Assembly: GCA_010093995.1 (NCBI GenBank)
Contig: ML992508.1
Span: forward strand, 1 to 64,000
Direction of reading: 5' to 3'
DNA: 64,000 bases
DNA from: Elsinoe ampelina
Lineage: Eukaryota
A program made the translations under genes and the position numbers. How positions within the stretch are numbered: the stretch's first letter is position 1; each line of letters opens with the position of its first letter. Under the pieces are notes generated by a model. It saw only the letters and a list, made by a program, of their open reading frames with translations. It had not been told where the DNA came from and made no database searches. Positions 25,586-36,420 of this stretch are shown here, in pieces.

Positions 25586-26689
25586 TCAACCCTGTAGATC
25601 CCTCCTCAGCATCTCCAATATCCTTTCCTTGTCCAGCGCCTCCTCCTTCTCATCCTGAGCCGCAAAGATTCCGCTCGCGAGTGCTCCTTTCTTGCCCACA
25701 GTTGCATTCACGCTTCTCACGATCTGAGCGACATCCACTTCATTGTACTCTTTCGCCAACGATTTCTTGTATTCCGCCTCGGTCGTATATGGTTCCGGCA
25801 GATTTGTAGAGTCAAAAGGGAGAGCGTATATGGTTGGGAATTCCAGAATGTTGCGACCTCGGAGACACTTGGTGATAGACGACGAGGCTTCAAGTGGGAT
25901 GAGAACAGTCTTCGATGTCAGACATCGGGGGAGTTGGAGGTAGAAGTGCCGCTGGTTGGCTGCTGGATCCAGATGAGAGATGAGAGTGACGTCGGCCCGT
26001 GTACATTCAGAATCCTGGGAGGTTTTGAGCGCAAGTGGACTCTCCTGTCCAGACTTGACCGCGCTCTGTGCTGCATCTTCTGGGAATGCGACTTCGTGAA
26101 CCTCTTCCGTACTCTGCAGCTTCTCTTTGACGTCACCATGCTGATCCGACAAGTCTGCTTTCCCACCCTTGATATCCCCCAAGATCTTAGCGTGGGCTAT
26201 GCCCAGTGTCTCATCCTCAATGGCCTTCCCAAGCACCTTCTTCCCGTTCATATCGACCCACTCGACCGTCCATAAGACTTTCTTGCTCCTCTTCAACCAT
26301 CTCGTCTCATTCTGCTTTCCTCTCTGAAACCCTGGTGGAGCTTCTTCAACCCCGATCTGGTTATTTGCGAAGTAAGTGTCCAATCCGGGATGGCCTCCCA
26401 TCCTCCTCTTCTTGGCCGGTCTCTCCATATCCTCTACCATATCCTTTGGAACCTTGATACCTCTCTCGATCTTGGTGAGGAAGTTATAGTCATGATCGAA
26501 CCCCGCCGGTGTACTCAGGTGGGACTTCTTGACGTATGTGCTTGCATTTCGTTTCCCGTTGCAAGAAGCACGGGATTGATGACGCTTGTAGCAGGGCAGA
26601 GAGCAGGTGAGGATAGAGGGGTGGGTTGGACATCGGTATTTATGGGGTTGTGCTTGACAGATGGAGCATAGCGTGCTCGAGGGGGTCAT
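25586..26689 (-). CDS. BCD1: box C/D snoRNP assembly factor, zf-HIT protein (Bcd1/ZNHIT6)
   Basis: CSIC...KYRCP...TCSLPCYKRH...C, DHDYNFL..IER, WTVEW and LEFPTIY. Confidence 0.85.
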   Translation of the reverse strand: MTPSSTLCSICQAQPHKYRCPTHPSILTCSLPCYKRHQSRASCNGKRNASTYVKKSHLSTPAGFDHDYNFLTKIERGIKVPKDMVEDMERPAKKRRMGGHPGLDTYFANNQIGVEEAPPGFQRGKQNETRWLKRSKKVLWTVEWVDMNGKKVLGKAIEDETLGIAHAKILGDIKGGKADLSDQHGDVKEKLQSTEEVHEVAFPEDAAQSAVKSGQESPLALKTSQDSECTRADVTLISHLDPAANQRHFYLQLPRCLTSKTVLIPLEASSSITKCLRGRNILEFPTIYALPFDSTNLPEPYTTEAEYKKSLAKEYNEVDVAQIVRSVNATVGKKGALASGIFAAQDEKEEALDKERILEMLRRDLQG

Positions 26690-29600
26690 ATTTTGTCGCT
26701 AGAGATCGCTTGCTCCACCGGAAGTGGGCGTCCGACGTGAGAGTGGTGTAGATATTCATGTGAGTGTGTGAACCTCACGGCAAAAAATTCCGAGTCAATA
26801 ACGAGTGACGATTGCGGGGGCACAGGGGATGGACAAACTCACGGCCCGACATCCGAACCGAGAGCCGACAACGAGTAAGTTAATAAGCAGCGAACCTTCG
26901 AAGGTGGGTGGTGCTGGTGCCCTCAGCAATGCTAATATCACTCTTACTCACGACGTTCCAATCGACATTCTCAGTTGTGAAGCTCAGTCGTCTCAAGGTC
27001 ATGTCGATGCAAAGTATTAGGCAGGTTCAATAGTGGCTCGCTCGCGTGCGAGTCAAGCTCATGCTGACGTCTGGCGAAAAGGGCTCGCTCGAACACACCA
27101 GGGGAGCACTCGTCTTATTGACCATCAGCAGGCTTCAGATCCATTCACACCGGCAGTCCACGGGCTGGAAACGTCTATGCTTATCTCCACTGTCTATCCT
27201 CGCACAGCCTTCTCGATCCTCGCGCAGCATCCTGCTAATTGAAATACTCTGTGGCGGATGCGCAGGATGAGTCCTTCGGTGAAGAAATCCTTGCATACTG
27301 CTGGCGCCTAATATATGATAAGACGAGAATGACGGGGCAAATAGCATCTTTGGAGGCGCATACTTGCGGTCATATTTCAGATGAAAGGTCCACGAGGATA
27401 CCGACAGCAACTTGTTCTTGATTTGGATTACTACCACGACTAGGCGCAAATACCATTACATCATCGCTCCGACTGAGGTGTATACACAAGAGGAGGGCAC
27501 TTGGGAGGGGAAGAAGACCACCTCTAGGGGACACCCTAAGCAGCTGCCGTGCGGGCTTAGGGAGTGTCCGAATTTGAGAGAGCCGTAGGGGCAAAAGCTG
27601 CAATAGACGACATGATTGAGACTGTGCGGATGAGGTTGGTGGTCATTCGAGTACCGGATCTGTAAGAGTGGTTGCAGATGTAGTATCGGTCTTCAACATA
27701 CTCTGCCTCTGGCTGTGGTAATCTTTATCGCGGAATGACCAACGCCGTGTCAGACTGGTGGTTGGTGTGAAACCTTCGCAGACTTCAAACGTGGATCGGC
27801 ACCATGGTCGATAAATGTCCACCACTAAGTAAAAGTTCTCCGATAAGTCGTTTCCTCAGACGTTCTAGGAGGGAGATATGGCCTTCTCGCTATACCGTCA
27901 ACGGCGCTCATTTAGTATCATGATTGGCACGACATGGTTGAATACGTTTGCAGTCCAATGCCATCTCTGCAGACCTGTGTCGGGGATTGTGAGACTTTCT
28001 CGTTGAATGGTGTCGATTGGTCCGGCCATGCATGTACGACTGCAGCTGTCAATGCAACGGCATTGACATTCTGCATGGTGTAAGTCGACTCGCATGCTAA
28101 TCAGGACGGAGTGCGCTGTCACCATTCACTGCATCTCGAGGATGACAAGTTGACATATCCGTGACATGTGTATTCCTTACCTGCCGTACAAAGTGGAACG
28201 GAAGATATGCCGTAGTCCGGATCCCCACATGCATCTCGGTCGACTAGCACGAACAGGCTGTACAAGGGTCAATCGATCGTGCCGTGTGTGGATCCTGCTC
28301 CTGCCGTTCACGGACGGGATGAGATTGCTTCACGTGTTGGGAACAATAGTGTGGCCGCATGGTTGCAGAGAAACAGCAACAGATTAGCCCTGATGGCAAG
28401 AAGGGCTCTTGGTGTGGTGATGTTGTGGCGGGCAAAGATATTGACATATTATTGAGTTGGACTGAAGTAGCGTCTGCAGGTGTAATGAGGGCAGGGGTCG
28501 GGTGGAGCCCTTGTCACCAAAAGCCTTTTCTGCCTCGTGTTTTCATGCAGGCCCTGATGCATGATGCGCACTCCCCACCAGCATGACATTTGTGTCTCGT
28601 CGTCCGTAGTGACCGTTGCCGTCGGTCATGGATGCGAAGACGTTTGTTTCCGACCTCGTAACATGCACGTCGTCAGCAATTCTTTTTGCTCATCCCCGCC
28701 ACGTCCTTGCACATGGCGTGAAGCGATAGATGAGCTCTGTCGCACGAGGCTGCGAACAATGCTTGTGATTTTCCGGAAGATTGGCAGGAGCGGCAAAAGA
28801 AGCTCAAGACGGTGCCATCGATCCAGGGGTCCTCTTGGTCCTCCGAGAGTGGCACAGGCAAGGACCAATCTCTGTGGCACTCGGACCAACACAGGTTTGT
28901 TCAATCGATTGGTTCAGAGGCAGACCCAGCGCAATCTATTCGGGCTCGGCAGTCCGCTCCAGACGGGCGCCAGAAAGTCAGCGCTCGATCCGGCTCTCCA
29001 CTGGAGATATCATCATATGCTTGATCCGATGAGATGTGAGATGAGAGTTTTGGAGGGGCAGGTTGAGTGCAGACGGCGGGTCACAGTTACATTATTAACC
29101 TGCTGATATTGCACAGAACCCGGTAGCGAGTCTTGTGTGTCTTGTGTGTGTCTTGTTGTCCTTGGTCCACGGTGATAACCAGAAGGGAAGATGCGAGTAA
29201 TGGCTGGCTGTCCGTGTGTAGATATGGGGCGGCGTAGAGGGAGATGATTCGAGAAGGGTAAATTATCGCCACCACCTGCGTGACTGCGTGCAGAAGACTC
29301 GCAAGGACTGCTGCTGCTGTCTGCAGCGCCTTCGGACTCCTCCTGGTCCTCCAGAAGTCCAACCAGATCTGCGGGACGTCCGGCATGAGAGGGCACGAGC
29401 GTGCATGGCATGGTGCCATGCACCTTCTCCCATAATGATGCTGTCTCTGCACCTCGAGCCGTGGTTCGCTTCCTCTCGCGCTGATCGCCTTGGTCTCCTT
29501 TGGGATAGTGAAACGCGCATCCCGGTCTCTAGCTTTCCAAAGGACGCTCAAAGGGCAAGCCAGGCAAGCCACACCGAGAAGAACAACTCCTCCTTCTGTG

Positions 29601-29930
29601 ACCTTTTTCCCTCGTTCAGAATAGTCTGTTCCGCCTCCAGAATCGCGAACCAACCTCGACCGTGCCTCACTATTTGGTTCTGCAGTTTCCCTTTTCTTCC
29701 TTCCACCTCCACCTCATCCAATCTCTGGATCTCTCTGTCCTCACTTTCTACCACGCCTGTGCGACAAACACACGTCGTGAAACACAGACCAAATTGACCG
29801 TCATCCTGGTCCAAGAGGTGTCTGTCCTCGTTTCAGTCGACCTTGACTGAACGACTGGAGACGCCGTTTCCAACCTTTTTTTTCTGCTCGTCCCGTTTCA
29901 GCTGTATAACACGATCATAATCTCTCTTCA

Positions 29931-32744
29931 ATGCCTCAGTCATTCACCTCACGGCCGCGGTCGCGCGAGTCTCGTCCCGTCAGTCGACAGTCGGGCGAAG
30001 ACCTCGTCATCCCCAACCGCACATCTTCCCTCCACTCGAGGATAGCACAACCTCTGCATTCGCAGCTGGCTCCCTCGCGGCAAGGACCTCGCACACCAAA
30101 GACGCTCACCCATGCCTACATGGTATGTGGTGTCGGTCGGGAACCGTCACAATGGGTCAGGGCTCCTGCACCTGCACAGGGCAAAATTGGACACATGAAG
30201 GGTGCTATCGGTCAATTCTGGCTGCCAGAGATCTTGGGCAGCTCTCCACGCATCGAGTCGGACAATGAGATTGCCAGGTCACTGCACTCTGCCATGAGGG
30301 TACGTTGAATTTGCTAGCAATCCTCAATCACCCACTGACATTTCACCTAGGCATGCTTTCCTCACGATGTCGAGATCTGCACCGGTACCAACCAGCCACA
30401 TTGTGTTCACCACGCCTTTGTCCTCCAGCAGGATTCATCACACACGCTTTACGGCATCGCTCTACGCGTGTGGTCTCGCGCCGACGAGAAGCGTGCCGAG
30501 ACTATTCGTGAGCTGCGCAAGAAGACGGAACCAGACTTATATGACAACCCAGCCGAGACATACTGGATCCCATACTGCCTCAGCTTCCTCTCACGCTACC
30601 CTCTGTACAATCTTCTCGGAGACTACCTTCGCGGCATGTGGATCCACTGGAACAAGGCCACCAACCTTTTCCATGCTGAAGAAGTCTCACGCATTCTCAG
30701 CTTCCCAGCTCCGCGGCTCAACGACTTGGTCCGCATCGACATGAAGGACTATGCTCTGTGCTACCAATTCCCCTCTTCTCCAACTGGCTTCCAGAACTTT
30801 GCTCTCTGGCCACTCTTTACTTGCTTGTCGATCCCCAACATCGTCGGTGTCATCGAAGCTGCCGTCTCACCTACCCGCCGCATCATCTTCGTCAGTCACT
30901 ATCCTGCCATGCTCACCATGGCATCCGAGACCATCCGCTTCGCTGTTAGGGTCTACGAGTGGAGTGGCCTCTACGTTCCGATTGTACATGCCCGCCATGT
31001 CACGGAACTTGTCCAGGAACCCGGCCCATACATCCTCGGCATAAGTGCAGAGTGCCGCACTCTCTTCACTGCACCGAACGACGCTCTTGTCGTCGACCTC
31101 GACCGCAACTTCGTCCTCACCTCCAGCCCGCCAACTGCCTTCACCAACAGCCAGCGCCAGAAGATGGTCACCCGCTTGACCCAGGCATTGAATGGCGACG
31201 TCGTTCCTTCAGGTGTACCACAACACTTACGATCCGCTTACGGCGGTGGCAAGCTTGTCCCCGCAGGACAGATCATCGTCATGCGAGGCGAGGTCGAGAG
31301 CATCCGCGATCCTGAATGGTGGGACCAAGCCGCTGTCATGTCTGTCATGGATCACGCCTGTGAGAAGCTCGGTCGCAGCAAAGGTCTCAAGGCCGTCTTT
31401 GGCAGCTCGCAGAAGAAGCCGTTGATGACCAAGATTTCCACCCGCCACCTCAACGAAATCATTCGTGAGCGCAACCAATACTCTCGCGACGCTATCGAGG
31501 CATGGCAAGATTTCATCAACCTCAAAGGTCGCATGGACACCGAGCTCGCCAAGGTCACCAAGCGCAACAATTTCCTTGTCGAGGAGCTCGAATCATGGAA
31601 ACAGCAATTCCTCAAATTCCAAGCTTTTGCTGAACAACTTACCAAGGAAACTCAAGACCTCAAGTTCAAGATCGACGGTCACAAGAAGGAGAACAGGCGT
31701 CTCACATCTGCCCTCGACAACCAGAAGGACGAGATGGCACGCATCACTGTCCGCCTTCGAGGTACCGAGAAGCAGCGTGATGACGCTCTCGAGGCGCTTG
31801 TGCTCCAGCAGGAGATCGCTGAGGAACTTGAGCGTGAACGCAAGAGGAACAAGAAGGAACTTGCCGCCCTTCAGCACACCAACAGCACCCTGCTTAGACA
31901 GCGGGATGAGGCTCAGCGTGTCGTGCTCCACCTTCGCGCCCTGATCGATGGCCAGGCTCACCACATGGAGCACATTGTCAAGACTCTCAATGCCAACCCG
32001 GAGATCGCTCAGCAGGTCTTCAGTGAGGACCTTGGTTCCCCAATATTAGACAGGGGCGAGGATCGTGCTCTACGATCTGCATCGAGAACTTCATCTCGTG
32101 CCAGCCGCCCATCGAGCAGGCTCAGCCGACAAGACTCGTCCCAGGAAATGTCCAGGAAGCTGTCCAGTCCTGATGTCAGGAAGCGATTAAGCGATCTTAA
32201 CATGACCGATGTCGCTGACCGCCAGCTGCGCGACAAGACAGACGCCATTGCGTACATCATCCGCAATATCTCCGAGCAGTGTGCCGCCGCCGTCGAGGGC
32301 CTCCACCTCGCTCAGCGTGCCGACGGTAATGCCGGCTCGGAAGCCGGCAGCCCAACCGAGTCAATGAAGAAGCGCGGCAAGAAGCCCGTGAACGAGAATG
32401 CCAGTGAGGATGGCTCGGAGTTCAGCGATGCCCGGTCGGATCTATCGCACAACCAGCTTCACCCACAAAGGGCCAAGTCTCCACCAACGCCCGACTTGGT
32501 ACACAGCGCCAATAGAAGCAGCACCAGCATGAGTGTTGCCAGTGTCAGCACCGCTGCCACACCAGATCGCCACAGCATCCAGAGTCAGTGGCGGACCGTG
32601 GACGAGGACATCCCCGAGGTGCCCACTCGCATGATCCGCAAGGATTTGCCCATGTCCGAGAGTGGTGAAGAGCACCAGCTACCCACTGTGCCCAAGCAGG
32701 AGGTGCTCAGGACCAACACGCCCATCAACACCAACGTTGAGTAG
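29931..32744 (+). CDS. DENN-domain protein (putative Rab GEF) with C-terminal coiled coil (intron 30300-30350)
   Basis: Spliced HSAMR|ACFPHDVEIC. HAFVLQQD...YGIALRVW, YWIPYCLSFLSRYP and EPGPYILG...VVDLD match uDENN/DENN elements; strong codon bias. Confidence 0.88.
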
Positions 32745-33243
32745 ATGTTGTGTGGTCAAATCACTTTCACGACTATCGTTAACAGGAAACTAATACCACT
32801 TTTGCGTTTTGACGGCCTCGGAAGCCCATTTGATGGGAACAGTTGGAGTAGGATGATGATTGAATTTGGGATCAGAGGGCGAGAGAGAAATGTTTTATAC
32901 CATGTCACTACTGTCCATATATATCGACTTTCACATTTCAGTATGTATTATCAGTCATCTTCGAGCATTCTAAACACGCGTGAATCTCCCAAAAAGGGCA
33001 GCTCGGAGATGCAGAAACGGTGCTTGGATGACTGACGTGCGGCTCCAATCTCCAGCCACGTGAAGCTTGCAGTGCACATTCAACTTCCACAAACCAGCTG
33101 ACCACAATCCAAACGAGATTTACCACAACATTACTACCTCCTCTGTCTCCGAGGCTTGTTCGACAACTCCTGCGTGTCTGCGTCCTCTGTACCCAGCCAT
33201 GTCGTAGCGCACGTAGCGTGCCATTCCTCACAGCACCCTCGAC

Positions 33244-35210
33244 ATGTCCCGCCCCGCCGCCTCCACCAACGGCAATGGTCAAGGCAAACGGCATGCCGAA
33301 ATCGACAAGCTAGACTACCACCCCGGACAACCGCTTCTGCGACCAGACGATGCTGCAGATGCTTCAGGTAGACCGAGTCAAGAGCACAGCTATGCCGGCA
33401 GCTTCTTCGAGCAAGTCGCCGAAGGGATATTGGACAAGGATCGGAAGAGGAAGACCAGGGAAGTCGTACGGTATGGAGGGTTTGTGTGGGCTCTGATTGA
33501 GTGGTAAGTCTAGAGATTGCAATCATCAAAGTCCCTGCCACTGCTTCAGGTGGACAACTCCTAATCCGTGGCAGTCTCTGCGCAGGCTCAATCGCCGCCT
33601 TCTCCCTCTACGCTCCCCTCTTCCAAAGCCGTCTTCACTACTCCCAGCTAAGAGTCAACACCGTCTCCATAGCCGCAGAGATCGCCATGTACCTTCCTGT
33701 CCCGCTCTCTGGCTACCTTTGTGATCGCTACGGTCCTGGCTTACCATCCGCTCTCGCCGGTATCCTCTTTGGTCTTGGTTACATCCTCGCAGCATTCACT
33801 TACCGCTCCGGCCCTCCCGAGTCTGTAGGCGGCCATGGATGGCCCTTTGGCGTCATGATTCTCGCATTCGTCATGGTCGGAGTAGCTACTAGCGGTATGT
33901 GCCTCGCGGCCGTCTCGACATGCGCAAAGAACTTTGGTCGCGGGAAACACAAGGGTTTAGCTCTGGCCATGCCCATTGCAGCATTCGGACTCAGCGGTAT
34001 GTGGCAGGCTCAAGTTGGTAGCAACCTACTCTACGAAGTCAAAGACGACGGCTCCAAAGGCGACGTGGACGTCTTCAAATACTTTCTCTTCCTCGGCATC
34101 ACACTTTCGCTGGTTGGATTGATCGGGTCATTTGTCCTCCGGATCGTGGACGAGGAAGAAATGATCGACGAGGCAGTCGAGGAGCTGGAAAGATCGGGAC
34201 TACTCGAAGACAGCGAGCTTTTCCATCGTGTGGTGCAAGAGCGAGGATATGGCACAATGGACCTGTCCAATTCACAATATGATCTGGTACAGCGAGAGAT
34301 AGACGACAGGAAGGCTCAAGCGCTTCGTGACAAGGAGAAGAAGGAGTGGCTCCTCAATGAGGAGACTCGGCGTTTCCTCACGGATAAGACCATGTGGTTG
34401 CTTGCTGCCGGCTTCTTCCTCGTCACTGGACCCGGTGAAGCATTCATCAATAACCTCGGCACAATCATCGGTACCCTGTATTCGCCTACAGTGAACGAGA
34501 ATAAGATAGCAACGAGCCCGGCCACTCAGGTCAGTATTGTGGCCATCATGAGCACCGTCGCTCGCATCTTCACCGGCACGCTTTCGGATCTACTCGCTCC
34601 AACCAGTATACAGCATTCACATCGTCGAGGTCCAAACAGCATGGTCAATTCTGCAGCTTCTTTGCCAATCATCAATACACCAGGGGAGAAGAAGTTCACA
34701 TTGAGCAGGCTAGTCCTCCTCATCTCGTTCTGTCTACTTCTGTCCATCGGTCAAATCCTGCTCGCGTCTGGCGCCGTACAAGGCCACGGAGAGCGATTCT
34801 GGATTGTCTCAGCCACGATTGGTGCAGGCTACGGTGCCATTTTCAGTCTAACTCCTATCATCGTCAGCGTCGTATGGGGTGTGGAGAATTTTGGCACTAA
34901 TTGGGGTGTAGTGGCAGTGGTGCCCGCTGCTGGAGCCACTGTCTGGGGATTGGTCTACTCCACTGTGTACGAGAACGGAGCGAGGGCCGGACAGAGCGTC
35001 ATCAGAGGATTGGCAGGTGGATTCAGCACAGGCTATAGTCACGCCGGGCTCAACATGAAGGAAGCAGCAGAGGAGGTGCTCTGTTATGGCACAGGATGCT
35101 ATTCGTCAACCTTTTGGGCAATGGCCCTAAGTGTGTGGCTCGCCTGTATCATGTGGCTATGGGCTTGGAAAGGAAAGGGAGGCTGGACTGAGAGGGGGGT
35201 CGCCGTTTGA
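33244..35210 (+). CDS. MCH1: MFS transporter, Mch1-like (intron 33504-33574)
   Basis: FSLYAPLF, GYLCDRYGP, TCAKNF, PIAAFGLSG, GPGEAFINNLG and VWGVENFGTNWG. Confidence 0.85.
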
Positions 35211-35529
35211 TTCAGATTGGACATTGCATAGCGTTTGACTTTTGCATAGTAGACTGCATATTTGCTCAAGCGAGAGACTTCTTGAATATGACTTTCACCA
35301 CGACAACACATCAAGCTCATAGTCTGGACTACAAAGCATCTGCCGTCCAGGGTGGCGTTCCCCGCATCCATCTCCATCATCCCCTACACTCACTTGCTCC
35401 GTCTAACCACTCTCTGGATATCAGATAGTGCTGACTGTACCTTCCACCTATGCTGAAATTGACAGGTAATGTACTTCTCTCTCTTTGCTTTTCATTTGAT
35501 CCGCCTCGACCTCTCAAGTCACAGCAACC

Positions 35530-36010
35530 ATGCTTTCCTTGCCTTCACTTCCCATTCTGGTCCCCTTCCTCCTCTGCCTGCCTTTACTCTTCCCCTTCCT
35601 GCTCCGAACCTCTTCGTCTACGAGCTTATGGTGGGACGCAGGAGGAGGAAGCGGTTAGGGTCATTAGGGACTTGTGTAGGCAACCGGAGAAGTACGAGAT
35701 TTGGTTCGAAAGGTTTTCTGCTGGTTTGATCCTGAGATTGGCGTATGGGTTGTAGGTCGTGACAGGAGAGGAGGACTATATCAGAAGGATGGCAAGAGTG
35801 AACGCGGAGCTGGAGCGAGTGGCGAGTCCGGGAGTGTACTTGGTGGACAGCCTGCTTTGGCTGATGTACCTACCAGTGTAGTTGGCACCGTGGAAGAAGG
35901 AAGGTGGGACACTGCACAAGGAGGAGCTGAGGCTGTTCAGGAGCCTTCTGAACGAAGGTAGGAAGAGCTCAGAGGAGAACTTTTGCACAAGATGGAAGGA
36001 GAAGACTTCG
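35530..36010 (+). pseudogene. cytochrome P450 relic (OrdA/CYP64-clan-like) with internal deletion, two in-frame TAG stops and no 3' half
   Basis: ATG 35530 encodes a hydrophobic anchor MLSLPSLPILVPFLLCLPLLFPFLLR. A different frame then reads AYGGTQEEEAVRVIRDL...FERFSAGLILRLAYGL*...ASPGVYLVDSLLWLMYLPV*LAPWKKEG...F, with stops at 35753-35755 and 35879-35881. No I-helix or heme FxxGxxxC motif follows. Confidence 0.75.
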
Positions 36011-36420
36011 CAGGGATCATGCGGCCTACACGTGAGAAAGGAAATGGCATCAGACTGCCCGAGTACGACTATGTCTCGGGCTTCAATATACATCCCAAAT
36101 GGCTCCCATTCGACTTGACAGCTAGAACGGGTAAGGACAAGGTTGTCGAAGATGCCTGCCAGAAGACTTGGGCAGTATCGTAGGCGTCGAAGTAGTCGAA
36201 TGTACGATTGTCTCCTATCTCGTCCAGTTGGGGCTGGGCACCAGCAACAATCAAAGCGATGACTGTTAGAGAGAAAGGGATGTGAAGGCGACTGATATAT
36301 ATGCGTGTCATCCCACCTGATGAAACAGAGTGCGTGAAGAGAAAACCCCTCGCTACGATTCGAATCTTCCACGTCGAACAACATCTTTCTCCATCTCATC
36401 ATTGATGGATCAATTTCCAG

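Noticed and set aside
28561..29814. 130-190-aa ORFs on both strands upstream of the DENN gene
   Set aside because: Arg/Ser/Cys-rich noise-like composition, mutual overlap and no motifs.
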